From Candidatus Woesearchaeota archaeon (GTDB lineage Archaea > Nanobdellota > Nanobdellia > Woesearchaeales > JAHWHD01): a DNA stretch of 62,483 nucleotides. Both the position numbers and the translations under genes were made by a program. The stretch spans positions 1-62,483 of the forward strand of contig JAHWHD010000066.1 of NCBI GenBank assembly GCA_019323525.1, given 5' to 3'. Shown here in pieces: positions 52,330-62,373 of this stretch (position 1 is its first letter; each line of letters starts with the position of its first letter). Under the pieces are notes generated by a model. It ran no database searches, was not told the origin of the DNA, and saw only the letters and a program-made list of their open reading frames with translations.

Positions 52330-54011
52330 AAAAATCAACAATAATACTCATTATAATTATAGTGGCCAGTATCCTTGTCAAGATTTCTGGGATAAACCAA
52401 CCGCTATATGACGACGAAACAAACTCTGTTGAATCAGTCTTTAATCCAGGAGATTTGTATACTGTAAACCCAATAAGTAAACATCCGCATCCACCATTTG
52501 CACCATGGATGTATCTTTTCACAGGCGCGTTACTTGGAGCAGAGGTTTGGGTGTTTAGGTTAGTTCCCCTCATATTCTCCATAGCAAGTATGATCTTGAT
52601 ATTTGTTATTGTTAAAAGATACTACTCTGAAAGATCTGCTTTATGGTCCACAGCACTCTATGGTCTATGCTTCTATCCTGTGCTTGCATCGCTACAGACC
52701 GACGACGCGTCTATCACAATAACATTCTTCCTTCTCACAACGCTGTTTTATCTAAGATTTAGAGAAAATGAAAAGAAAAGATACTTAATTCCAACTGGAA
52801 TCTTTTTTGGGATATCTTTACTCTCTAAATACACCAGCGTATTTTTATTTATTATAATAATAATCCATTCATTTATCTCAAAGACAGAAGGAATCAAGTT
52901 CAAATCAATATTAAGATTATTCAATCCAAGAAACATTCTCCGAACCTTCATAGAGGTTATAATTATCGGAATAATCGCAGCGGCAATATTTTCAATGTAC
53001 CCAATATTTGCACCAGAGATATTTAGAGCTACTATCGGACATTCATCGCAGTACTTCGGCCTGAACATATCCCTTATGGCTCTAGCCATGCTTTTATTCT
53101 GGGCAACCTCTTTACTGTTGATTCCGGCCCTAATACAAATTTTAAAGTTCAGAAAAAAAGATTCCTTCTGGACAACCTGGGCTGTCGTTATATTTATTAT
53201 AGGCATATTCCTGCTAAGCGGCCGCGGCCAAGGGTCGTTCCTTGTCGGAGGAATTGCAGAGTATAGTAGGTATATGATGATCATCATCCCTTCATTATCT
53301 GTTCTATCTGGCCTTTATATCTCAAGCATCAGGTTCAATAAAAGGATACTTTTGTTCATTGGTATAGTTACAGGAACATTGCTTGCAGTATTCTATTACC
53401 TCAACTACAACTTCATCGCAATTGTTCCCAGAGAGTTCAGCATTTATCTTAAACTTATTAAAGAATTCATGTGGAATTTCACGTTCAGCTATACTACAAG
53501 TTCAGGTAATCTCCTGGGAGTCAACTTTTTGGTTCTTGTAATTGCATACGCAGTATCAATAGTGTTCCTGATTACATATTTCTATGGAGTTAAAAGAAAC
53601 CCAGGAGCCATGATACTTAGCCTAATGATCCTGCTGAGTGCGGGGTTTGCAGTAAACATCTTCCTTGTCAGCGAGTATGTGGGTCCTGTAACAAGTTTAG
53701 ATGTTAATAAAGCGACTTGGGAAATGATTGAATTTGTTAAAGATTACAGGCATGATCTCAACCTTTACTCTAATGACGAAGGACTGTTATTGTTAGCCAA
53801 CGACTTCAGAGTTGAAACTGATGATAACAACTATCATCTAGGAGTTTATTGTGACAACTGTCATTTAATTGATATCGAAAAGAACTCATTAGTTGCACTC
53901 ATGAACTTTCCTCCACAGGATAAAAAAACCTGGCAACTGGTAGATGGTTGCGTATTGATAAAAAACACATACTCAAAAGGAATCAAACTAGGATACCTAT
54001 ACCTTTGCTGA
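52317..54011 (+). CDS. GT-C fold membrane glycosyltransferase (ArnT/PMT-like)
   Basis: The 564-aa polytopic protein has an early-loop YDDETN acidic motif. A soluble C-terminal domain is present. Confidence 0.6.
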   Translation: MQKMKKSTIILIIIIVASILVKISGINQPLYDDETNSVESVFNPGDLYTVNPISKHPHPPFAPWMYLFTGALLGAEVWVFRLVPLIFSIASMILIFVIVKRYYSERSALWSTALYGLCFYPVLASLQTDDASITITFFLLTTLFYLRFRENEKKRYLIPTGIFFGISLLSKYTSVFLFIIIIIHSFISKTEGIKFKSILRLFNPRNILRTFIEVIIIGIIAAAIFSMYPIFAPEIFRATIGHSSQYFGLNISLMALAMLLFWATSLLLIPALIQILKFRKKDSFWTTWAVVIFIIGIFLLSGRGQGSFLVGGIAEYSRYMMIIIPSLSVLSGLYISSIRFNKRILLFIGIVTGTLLAVFYYLNYNFIAIVPREFSIYLKLIKEFMWNFTFSYTTSSGNLLGVNFLVLVIAYAVSIVFLITYFYGVKRNPGAMILSLMILLSAGFAVNIFLVSEYVGPVTSLDVNKATWEMIEFVKDYRHDLNLYSNDEGLLLLANDFRVETDDNNYHLGVYCDNCHLIDIEKNSLVALMNFPPQDKKTWQLVDGCVLIKNTYSKGIKLGYLYLC

Positions 54012-54095
54012 AAGAACTTAGTTCTATAAGGTATTTAAAAGCAACCAAAGTTCTTAATAAAAAGATATTTAAATAAACGTATTTCGTGATTAACT

Positions 54096-55082
54096 ATGGA
54101 TTTAAAAGACAAAAAGGTTCTAGTTACAGGTGCAGGTGGCTTTATAGGCTCTCATCTTGCAGAGGCTCTTGTCAAAAAGGGGTGCAAAGTAAGAGCATTT
54201 GTACATTATAACCCTAATAACCACTGGGGGTGGCTCGAAGATTCTGAATATAAAGATCAAATAGAGGTAGTGCTTGGCGATGTTCGAGACAGCGACTCTG
54301 TCTTGAACGCAATGAAAGATATTGACGTAGTGTTCCATCTTGCAGCTTTGATAGGGATACCATATTCATACGAATCTCCTCTAGCGTATATCAGGACAAA
54401 CATAGAAGGAACATACAACATTCTCCAGGCTGCAAGGATGCTTAACACCTCTAAAATCCTGATTACATCAACAAGCGAAACATACGGCACAGCGCAGTAT
54501 GTTCCAATAGATGAAACGCATCCTGCAGTTGGCCAGAGCCCATACTCAGCAACTAAGATTGGAGCAGACCAGATAGCTATCAGCTACCACAAAGCCTTCA
54601 ATCTTCCTGTAACAATAGTAAGGCCGTTCAATACGTACGGACCTAGACAAAGTGCCCGCGCAATAATTCCTACTATAATTACCCAAATTCTTGACGGAAA
54701 ACGAGAGATTAAGTTAGGAAACCTAACCCCTACAAGAGACCTTAACTATGTCCTTGATACAGTCGCAGGATTCATTTCAATAGCTGAAAGCGACAATACA
54801 GTCGGCCAAGTAATCAACATTGGCGCAAATCAAGAGATAAGCATGGGAGAACTTGCTCAAACAATAATAAACCTGATAGGAAAGGATGTAAAGATTGTTC
54901 AAGACCAGCAAAGATTAAGACCTGAAAAAAGCGAAGTAGAGAGATTAAGGTGTGATAACTCAAAAATAAAAGAACTTACTGACTGGAGCCCTAAGCACGA
55001 CTTAAAACAAGGACTTTCTGAAACTATTGAATGGATCAAGAAAAACATGCACAATTACAAATCAGAACTTTATAACGTCTAA
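54096..55082 (+). CDS. legB: NAD-dependent nucleotide-sugar 4,6-dehydratase, LegB-like
   Basis: The protein starts KKVLVTGAGGFIGSHLAEALVKKGCKVRAFVHYNPNNHWGWLEDS. From memory, the YN..N.WGWL pattern is typical of LegB-type dehydratases. STSETYG and YSATK (YxxxK) are present. Confidence 0.7.
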   Translation: MDLKDKKVLVTGAGGFIGSHLAEALVKKGCKVRAFVHYNPNNHWGWLEDSEYKDQIEVVLGDVRDSDSVLNAMKDIDVVFHLAALIGIPYSYESPLAYIRTNIEGTYNILQAARMLNTSKILITSTSETYGTAQYVPIDETHPAVGQSPYSATKIGADQIAISYHKAFNLPVTIVRPFNTYGPRQSARAIIPTIITQILDGKREIKLGNLTPTRDLNYVLDTVAGFISIAESDNTVGQVINIGANQEISMGELAQTIINLIGKDVKIVQDQQRLRPEKSEVERLRCDNSKIKELTDWSPKHDLKQGLSETIEWIKKNMHNYKSELYNV

Positions 55083-55083
55083 A

Positions 55084-56208
55084 ATGATACCTCTATGCGT
55101 GCCAAACATTAAAGGAAATGAACAACATTATGTCAAAGAATGCATTGAGACAGAATGGGTTGTAGACGGTAAATACATTACTTTATTCGAGGGCAAAGTA
55201 AAGGGTTACGTGGGTTCAAAATTTGCAGTCGCATGCGCAAATGGAACTTCAGCGCTGCACATATCTTTAATTATCTCAGGAGTAAAAAACGATGATGAAG
55301 TGATTGTCCCGACAATAACATTTATTGCTCCGGTTAATGTAGTAAAGTACATAGGAGCTCATCCTATTTTTATGGACTGTGACGATTACTATAATATGGA
55401 CGTCAACAAACTAAAGCAATTTATTGAAGAAGAATGCGAATTCTCTAATGACAAACTAATCAATAAAACAACAAAAAAGCAGATTAAAGCAATAATCCCT
55501 GTTCACGTATTTGGAAACCCTGTTGATATGGATCCGCTTATGGATTTAGCACAGAAATATAATCTAACAGTCATAGAAGACGCAACTGAAAGCCTTGGCT
55601 CAAGGTACAAAGGAAAATTCACTGGTACAATAGGAAACATTGGATGCTTCAGCTTCAACGGAAATAAGATAATCACAACAGGCGGTGGAGGTATGATAGT
55701 TACAGATAACCAAGAAGTAGCAGAAAAAGCGCGTTATCTCATAAACCAGGCAAAAGACGATGGTGTCAGGTACGTCCATCACGAGATAGGCTTTAACTAC
55801 AGGCTTAGCAATGTCCACGCAGCTATTGGAGTTGGACAGATGGAGAGACTAAGTGAATATATTGAAATAAAAAGACAGAATTTCCAAAAGTACAGGGAGC
55901 TATTGAAAGATGCAGATATTAAACTGACAGAAGAACCTGAATACGCAGAATCCAATTACTGGTTCTATGCGATAAAACTTGGCAGCAGCTTTGATAAAGA
56001 ATCCTTGATAAAACTCTTTTCAGATAACAAAATTCAGGTACGGCCATTGTGGGCACCAATACATATACAAAAACCATACCAAGACTGCCAAGCATATAAG
56101 ATTGAAAAAGCACTTGAATTATGGAATAAGACAATAAACATTCCATGTTCTATAAATATAACAGATGAAGAAATAAAAGAAGTTTCTGAGGTGTTCAAGA
56201 ATGGATAA
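55084..56208 (+). CDS. legC: DegT/DnrJ/EryC1 family sugar aminotransferase, LegC-like
   Basis: The ATG at 55084 lies 1 nt after the upstream stop. MIPLCVPNIKGNEQHYVKECIETEWV is typical of LegC. FSFNGNKIITTGGGGM carries the PLP lysine. Confidence 0.75.
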   Translation: MIPLCVPNIKGNEQHYVKECIETEWVVDGKYITLFEGKVKGYVGSKFAVACANGTSALHISLIISGVKNDDEVIVPTITFIAPVNVVKYIGAHPIFMDCDDYYNMDVNKLKQFIEEECEFSNDKLINKTTKKQIKAIIPVHVFGNPVDMDPLMDLAQKYNLTVIEDATESLGSRYKGKFTGTIGNIGCFSFNGNKIITTGGGGMIVTDNQEVAEKARYLINQAKDDGVRYVHHEIGFNYRLSNVHAAIGVGQMERLSEYIEIKRQNFQKYRELLKDADIKLTEEPEYAESNYWFYAIKLGSSFDKESLIKLFSDNKIQVRPLWAPIHIQKPYQDCQAYKIEKALELWNKTINIPCSINITDEEIKEVSEVFKNG

Positions 56209-56827
56209 AATCATTATTGTTGGAGGAGGAGGTCATGCTAAAGTCGTCATCTCTATTCTTCAGAAGAATAACAACTACGAAATAGTTGGTTACACAGATA
56301 TGGAAGATAGAGGAAACATGCTCGGAGTCAGATACATAGGAGATGACAACATACTAGAAAAACTAAAACAAGAGGGTTGTTCAAGCGCAGCAGTAGGCAT
56401 AGGCAGTATTGGCGATATAAGCATAAGGGAAAAGGTCTGGAATAAGTTAAAAGACCTGGGCTTTAATCTTCCTGCAATTATTTCCAAAGATGCAGTTGTA
56501 AATAATGATGTTTCAATAGGCCAAGGAACTGTTGTTATGGACGGAGCAGTCATACAACCAGGGACTGTAATAGGCGAATGCTGCATAATAAACACAAGAT
56601 CATCAATAGACCACGACTGTGAGATAAAAGATTTCGTCCATGTAGCGCCAGGAGTCACACTTAGCGGAGGGGTAAAAATTGGAAAACACAGCCATCTTGG
56701 AATGGGTGCAAACGTCATACAATACTTAAATATAGGAGATAAGTGCATCATAGCAGCAGGAGCTACTGTTATCAAAGACTGCGAAGATAATAAAAGATAT
56801 AGAGGAGTTCCTGCTAAGGAATTCTAA
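56201..56827 (+). CDS. NeuD/PglD/LegH-type sugar N-acetyltransferase (hexapeptide repeat)
   Basis: The protein starts MDKIIIVGGGGHAKVVISIL and contains YEIVGYTD. The C-terminal half has left-handed beta-helix hexapeptide repeats. Confidence 0.75.
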   Translation: MDKIIIVGGGGHAKVVISILQKNNNYEIVGYTDMEDRGNMLGVRYIGDDNILEKLKQEGCSSAAVGIGSIGDISIREKVWNKLKDLGFNLPAIISKDAVVNNDVSIGQGTVVMDGAVIQPGTVIGECCIINTRSSIDHDCEIKDFVHVAPGVTLSGGVKIGKHSHLGMGANVIQYLNIGDKCIIAAGATVIKDCEDNKRYRGVPAKEF

Positions 56828-58173
56828 AAGAGATCCTTGTAAATCTCTTTTATCCTTTTATCTCTCATCTCAAATACAGCATTAAAAACTGTCTGGTATC
56901 TTTTATAGAAATCTACGTCTTTAATCCAAGGAATAAACATAGGATTTATCTCTCCATACTGATTAGTATCAGCCCAACCCTCCAAAGCATCTGGCTCTTT
57001 TAAACCATGGTCCTTTTTCATAGACTCATACATCTCTGATCCTGGATAAGGAACATATATCCCGATTACAAATCTGTGGTTTGGATGTATTTTGTGCAGC
57101 TTCTTTGCAAAATTAACATTTGCTACCAGATCATCTTCAGTTTCAAAAGGAAAACCGCACATAAAACCTGAAGCATACTCGATGTCGTACTTCTTGAGGA
57201 GTTTAACAGTTTCTTCAATCTGTTCGAGCGTCAGTTGCTTTTTAAGTATATCAAGTATCCTCTGCGAGCCAGACTCTATGCCAAAACTCACCTCTTTACA
57301 GATTCCAGACATCTTTGATAGAATATCATCGTTAAGAAGATTGGCCCTTGTCATGCACCATTTAAGCCTAATGCCGCGTTCTTTAAGACCTTGAATAATC
57401 TTCTCAGCCCTGTCCTTTACCATTAAAAAATTATCATCACCTATCTGGATCTCTTTAATCCCGAATTCCTTGATAAGATAATCAATTTCACTAAGAACGT
57501 GTTCTGCACTTCTTGCACGCCACCTTCTTTTATGATAAAGCTTATTGTAGCAAAAAGTACATTCATACGGACAACCTTTTGAAGTAAACAACCGAATTAA
57601 GTATCTCTGAAAATTCTCTCTAACTAGATGCCAAGCAGGTATTGGATAATCATCAAGATTTACGAACTCTTTTATCGGCTCTGTAATAACAGGCTCACCA
57701 TTCTCCTTAAACGCAATACCCTCAACATCCCTCAAACTATCGCCATTCTTAAGAGCCTCTATTAACTTTACAACTGTTACCTCAGCTTCATTAATGACCA
57801 CTATGTCAACATAAGGATTCTTCAATGTCTGTAATGGCAAAATAGAAGGATGTACACCTCCCCAAACAATAGGAATACCTGCATCAGTATCTCTCACAAT
57901 TTTACAGATATTTAGTGCAAACCTTATCTGCGGACCTGTCATAGAATTTATACCAACAAAAATAGGTTTTTTAGAAACCTCATCCCTGATAATTGACTCA
58001 AAGTCATGTTCAATCCTTGTATCGATGATTTTTACAGAATAACCCTGTTTCTCAAGTATAGCTCCCAGTGTTAAGAAAGCATAAGGGGGCTCTTTCATTG
58101 AAGATTCTATCTCTCGTCTACCTTTTTTGCTCCTGTCAACAGTATCAGGTGTGATAAAAAGTACATCAGCCAT
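56824..58173 (-). CDS. B12-binding-domain radical SAM enzyme
   Basis: An N-terminal Rossmann-like B12-binding region is present (VLFITP..., GGVHPS). The radical SAM cluster motif is CPYECTFC (CxxxCxxC). Length is 449 aa. Confidence 0.75.
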   Translation of the reverse strand: MADVLFITPDTVDRSKKGRREIESSMKEPPYAFLTLGAILEKQGYSVKIIDTRIEHDFESIIRDEVSKKPIFVGINSMTGPQIRFALNICKIVRDTDAGIPIVWGGVHPSILPLQTLKNPYVDIVVINEAEVTVVKLIEALKNGDSLRDVEGIAFKENGEPVITEPIKEFVNLDDYPIPAWHLVRENFQRYLIRLFTSKGCPYECTFCYNKLYHKRRWRARSAEHVLSEIDYLIKEFGIKEIQIGDDNFLMVKDRAEKIIQGLKERGIRLKWCMTRANLLNDDILSKMSGICKEVSFGIESGSQRILDILKKQLTLEQIEETVKLLKKYDIEYASGFMCGFPFETEDDLVANVNFAKKLHKIHPNHRFVIGIYVPYPGSEMYESMKKDHGLKEPDALEGWADTNQYGEINPMFIPWIKDVDFYKRYQTVFNAVFEMRDKRIKEIYKDLF

Positions 58174-58289
58174 ATTTAAATAGTCGACAACCTAAGATAT
58201 TTAAAGGTTTCTAACCGCTATTGCAGAGGATTTTTAAATCATAAGATATATAAAGCGACATACTTGTCGAGGTATTGGAGGGATATACA

Positions 58290-59324
58290 ATGGTAAAAAA
58301 TGTCCGAGTAGGAAAGTTCATTCTTGGTAAAGGTCAAAGAACATTTATAATAGCAGAAATAGGAGGAAACTTTACAACACTTGAAAATGGCAAGAAACTA
58401 GTCAATCTCGCAGTAGAATCTGGGGCAGACGCTGTAAAGCTACAGACTTATACCGCCAAAAACACAGCAACAAAAGAGGCATTTATAAACCTAGAAAACA
58501 CTGGCGAGATAAACCAATACGAATACTTCCAAAACTTTGAGTTGTCACCCGAAATTCACAAAGAGATATTTGATTATTGTAAAGAAAAAGGCATCCTTTG
58601 TTTTTCTACACCAAGCCACCCTGAAGATGTTGAACTTCTTGAAAGCTTAGGAGTCGAGGTCTATAAAGTAGGATCAGATGATGCGATAAACCTTCCTCTG
58701 CTTACTTACATAGCTAAAAAGAACAAACCTATCCTTATGTCTACAGGAATGTGCACCCTTGAAGAAGTAAGAGAAGCCGTCAATACAATATTGAAATATA
58801 ACGACAAACTCGTATTGCTTCATGCAATATCTAATTACCCTAGCTACGCTGAAGACGCGAATCTAAAAGTGATTGAGACTTTCTATAACGAATTCGACCT
58901 GCCAATTGGATTTTCAGACCATAGTCTTGGCATTGAACTTCCGATTGCAGCGGTTGCACTAGGAGCTTGCGTTGTTGAAAAACATTTCACATACGACAAG
59001 AACGCAGAAGGTCCTGATCACATGCTATCTGCAACTCCTGAAGAGATGAAAGATATTATCAAGAGCATAAGATTAATCGAAGACGCATTAGGAGACGGGG
59101 AGAAAAAACCTACAGAGAAAGAACTTAAAAGCATGAAATATATGAGAAAAAGCATTGTAGCAACAAAAGACATCCCTACAGGAACCACAATAACAGAAGA
59201 GATGATTGACATAAAAAGACCTTGCCTTGGAATTCTGCCAAAAGAGTTCGAAAATGTAGTTGGCAAGATAGCAAAAACAGACATAAAAGAGGACGATATA
59301 ATCCAGTGGGACAGGCTATCATGA
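58290..59324 (+). CDS. neuB: nonulosonic acid synthase (NeuB/LegI/PseI family) with C-terminal SAF domain
   Basis: The ATG at 58290 follows GGAGGG. FIIAEIGGNF, DAVKLQTY, YKVGSDD and FSDHSLG are present. Confidence 0.85.
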   Translation: MVKNVRVGKFILGKGQRTFIIAEIGGNFTTLENGKKLVNLAVESGADAVKLQTYTAKNTATKEAFINLENTGEINQYEYFQNFELSPEIHKEIFDYCKEKGILCFSTPSHPEDVELLESLGVEVYKVGSDDAINLPLLTYIAKKNKPILMSTGMCTLEEVREAVNTILKYNDKLVLLHAISNYPSYAEDANLKVIETFYNEFDLPIGFSDHSLGIELPIAAVALGACVVEKHFTYDKNAEGPDHMLSATPEEMKDIIKSIRLIEDALGDGEKKPTEKELKSMKYMRKSIVATKDIPTGTTITEEMIDIKRPCLGILPKEFENVVGKIAKTDIKEDDIIQWDRLS

Positions 59325-60337
59325 AAACACTTATTATCAGGGCTGACGGATCAAATCAGATAGGCATGGGCCACATAGCAAGGATGAGCATTCTATACAA
59401 GACGCTTTCTGGATCATACAATGTAATTTTCATCAGTGTAAAAGATGATAAGGTTAAAGAACTTCTCTTAAAATATAATATTAAGCCGATTTGGGTTGAC
59501 AACGACGTACAAGGGCAAATAAGGATTACTAAAGAGACCATAACAGAAAATGACGCAATTTTACTGTTCAATGACAGTCTAGAAATAAAAAGAGAATACC
59601 TTGAACACCTTAAAGATAAGATAAAAATCATCAACTACGACGACCCTGCTGCGGGTTTTGGACTAATAGACTGCGCAATCACACCAACCGCATTTCTATG
59701 GAGCGACCGACAATATGAGATAGAAACGTATCAAGGTTTTGGTTATTTTATTATGTCTGACAAAATTAAGAAGTATAGAAGAGCAAACATTAGCAAAGAT
59801 AAAAAAAAGATTGTTATCTCAATGGGAGGCGCAGACACATACGGACTAAGTATAAAGCTACTGAACATATTCAAAGACCTTCCGGAGTATGACACGACAG
59901 TTATCCTTGGCCCAGGTTTTGAACATTTCAAAGAGATTGAATCAATAACCATACCAGACCACATAACAATCGTCCATAACGTAGAGAATCTATACGACTA
60001 CCTAAATAAAGCAGACATCTGTTTTTGCGCAGGTGGAATTACATTATTCGAACTAATGTACATCGGCACACCCACAGTATCAATTGCAGCTGAGAAGCAT
60101 GAAACATATAATTGCGAATACTTTAGGTCAAAAGGAGCTGTTAAATATCTTGGATTTAGGAATGATATAGATTATTGTGGAATTCCCGAGATCCTAAAAA
60201 ACTGGAACTATGAAGAAAGAAAAAGCATGTCAGATACAGGCAAGTCAATAATCGACGGCAATGGCCTGGATAGAGTTAAAAAAATAATCGAAAAGGTAAT
60301 TCAAGATGAAAGTATTAGTAATATCTGCGCATCCTGA
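59321..60337 (+). CDS. PseG/SpsG-like nucleotide-sugar hydrolase (GT28-like fold)
   Basis: The ATG at 59321 overlaps the neuB stop (ATGA). MKTLIIRADGSNQIGMGHIARMSIL is the characteristic PseG-family N-terminus. Confidence 0.65.
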   Translation: MKTLIIRADGSNQIGMGHIARMSILYKTLSGSYNVIFISVKDDKVKELLLKYNIKPIWVDNDVQGQIRITKETITENDAILLFNDSLEIKREYLEHLKDKIKIINYDDPAAGFGLIDCAITPTAFLWSDRQYEIETYQGFGYFIMSDKIKKYRRANISKDKKKIVISMGGADTYGLSIKLLNIFKDLPEYDTTVILGPGFEHFKEIESITIPDHITIVHNVENLYDYLNKADICFCAGGITLFELMYIGTPTVSIAAEKHETYNCEYFRSKGAVKYLGFRNDIDYCGIPEILKNWNYEERKSMSDTGKSIIDGNGLDRVKKIIEKVIQDESISNICAS

Positions 60338-60965
60338 TGACGAGACACTGGGGGCTGCAGGCACAATCCTTAAGCATATAGAGAATGGTGACCAAGTATA
60401 TTGGTGTACATTTACATATGCATTTCGCGATGCACCTCAAGAATACCTAGATCATAGACTTAAAATCATCAATCAAGTGTCAAAAACTTATGGATTCTCA
60501 GAGACATTTAACCTAAAATTCCCGACAGTAGAGCTTGATACAGTTTCTCTAAAACAGATGGTAGACAAATTATCTGCAGTGATAAACAGCATAAGGCCTG
60601 AGATTATCTATACGCCGACTGATGCTGATGTCAACACAGACCACGAGATCGTACATAAAGTTGTAATGGTATGCTGCAAACCGTTTGCTGCACCATTCGT
60701 TAAACAAATACTTGGTTATGAGGTAATTTCATCAACAAACACTTCCTTCCCAGAAAAACAAAAAAGATATATTCCGAATCTTTTCGTAGACATATCAGAT
60801 TATATAGACAAAAAGATAGAAATAATGAAACTATTTGATGAGGAATTCAAGCAATTTCCTCATCCGCGCTCTGTTGAAGGTATTAGAGCGCTTGCTGCTT
60901 ACAGGGGAACATCATCAAATCTTATAGCGGCCGAGGCATTTATGTTACTAAGAATGATAAAATGA
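60306..60965 (+). CDS. PIG-L/LmbE family N-deacetylase
   Basis: MKVLVISAHPDDETLGAAGT carries the AHPDDE motif. A downstream HxxH-type metal ligand region (NTDHEIVH) is present. Confidence 0.8.
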   Translation: MKVLVISAHPDDETLGAAGTILKHIENGDQVYWCTFTYAFRDAPQEYLDHRLKIINQVSKTYGFSETFNLKFPTVELDTVSLKQMVDKLSAVINSIRPEIIYTPTDADVNTDHEIVHKVVMVCCKPFAAPFVKQILGYEVISSTNTSFPEKQKRYIPNLFVDISDYIDKKIEIMKLFDEEFKQFPHPRSVEGIRALAAYRGTSSNLIAAEAFMLLRMIK

Positions 60966-61663
60966 AAACCATATCAATACACCAACCAAGCTACTGGCCA
61001 TGGTTAGGCCTATGCCACAAAGTTGCAAATAGCGATGTTTTTGTAATCCTTGATACTGTGGACCTTAACAAAGAAGCTTATCAACATAGAAACCAATTTC
61101 TGTGCAATGGAAAAAAACAGATGCTAACAATACCTATCACCTACAGCCTTGGAACTCCAATAAAAGACATCAAGATTGCAGACCGTAAATGGGGAGAATC
61201 ACATTACAATAAGCTGCTTAACTGGTATAGAAACTCTAGATTCTTTGGATATTACCACGAAAGAATAAAAGAACTCTACAGCAGACCGTTCACTAACATG
61301 ATAGAGCCAGTTATAGAGACCATGAAGTTCATTTTCAATGAATTAGGGATCAATACTGAAATAATACATGCATCTTGCATAAATCCTGAAGGAAAAAAAG
61401 CAGAACTTGTCTTGGACATTTGCAAAAAGCTTAAAGCAGACTTATATTTATCAGGCAGAGGTGCACTTAATTATATGGGCGATGATGCAAAATCAGAGTT
61501 TGAAAAAGCCAATATTAAAATAGAACTTCAGAACTTCACACATCCAACATACGAACAGTTCAACAGCCAAGAATTTATTCCAGGATTAGCGGCTTTAGAC
61601 TTGTTGTTCAACCATGGCCCTAACGAAGCAAAGAATATATTCAGACAAACTTTAGAAAAATGA
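60962..61663 (+). CDS. WbqC family protein
   Basis: ISIHQPSYWPWLGLCHKVANSDVFVILDTV matches the WbqC N-terminal pattern (QPxYxPWxG). Length is 233 aa. Confidence 0.7.
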   Translation: MKTISIHQPSYWPWLGLCHKVANSDVFVILDTVDLNKEAYQHRNQFLCNGKKQMLTIPITYSLGTPIKDIKIADRKWGESHYNKLLNWYRNSRFFGYYHERIKELYSRPFTNMIEPVIETMKFIFNELGINTEIIHASCINPEGKKAELVLDICKKLKADLYLSGRGALNYMGDDAKSEFEKANIKIELQNFTHPTYEQFNSQEFIPGLAALDLLFNHGPNEAKNIFRQTLEK

Positions 61664-62373
61664 TAAACAACAAAAAAGTCCTAGCATACATCCCTGCAAG
61701 ATCAGGCTCTAAAGGAATTCCTGATAAAAATATAGTAGAGGTCAATGGCTTACCCTTGATGGCTTACACGATAAATGCTACAAAGGCCAGCAAATACGTT
61801 GACAGGATAATTGTATCAACAGACTCTCAACAATATGCAGACATCGCTATCAAATACGGTGCAGATGTTCCGTTTCTTAGACCTGAACACTTAGCAACAG
61901 ACTTAGCTGATGAAAGCGATGTTGTTGAACATTTGATCAACTGGCTAGAAGAAAACAAAGAACCATACGACATCATAATAAAACTCCAACCAACATCTCC
62001 TTTAAGGACAGCAGAGGATATAGACAACGCCATACGGATGTTATTAGAAAAAGATGCTAACTGCATAATCAGCGTTAATGAAGCCACAGTTAACCCACTA
62101 TGGATGAATACTTTGCCTGACAATCATTCAATGGACAATTTTATTAATTTCGACCTAATTAGGAAACAAAGGCAAGAACTAAAGAAATATTACCAGCTCA
62201 ATGGCGCCGTGTTCTGCGCTAAATGGGAATTTATAAAAGAAAACAAGAATTGGTATGGTCCAAACACATTTGCCTACATCATGCCAATTGAAAGGTCTAT
62301 CGACATTGACGAACCGACAGATATAAAACTTTTGAAGACCATAATTAGTGAAAAAGATGAAAACCGAGATTGA
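61660..62373 (+). CDS. neuA: CMP-nonulosonic acid synthetase (acylneuraminate cytidylyltransferase, NeuA/LegF-like)
   Basis: YIPARSGSKGIPDKNI, QPTSPLR and NGAVF are present. Length is 237 aa. Confidence 0.85.
   Translation: MINNKKVLAYIPARSGSKGIPDKNIVEVNGLPLMAYTINATKASKYVDRIIVSTDSQQYADIAIKYGADVPFLRPEHLATDLADESDVVEHLINWLEENKEPYDIIIKLQPTSPLRTAEDIDNAIRMLLEKDANCIISVNEATVNPLWMNTLPDNHSMDNFINFDLIRKQRQELKKYYQLNGAVFCAKWEFIKENKNWYGPNTFAYIMPIERSIDIDEPTDIKLLKTIISEKDENRD

Noticed and set aside
58184-58274. 7-nt inverted repeat TCGACAA/TTGTCGA in the divergent promoter region between the radical SAM and neuB genes
   Set aside because: It is too short and AT-context-typical to distinguish from chance. There is no second copy elsewhere to support a motif.
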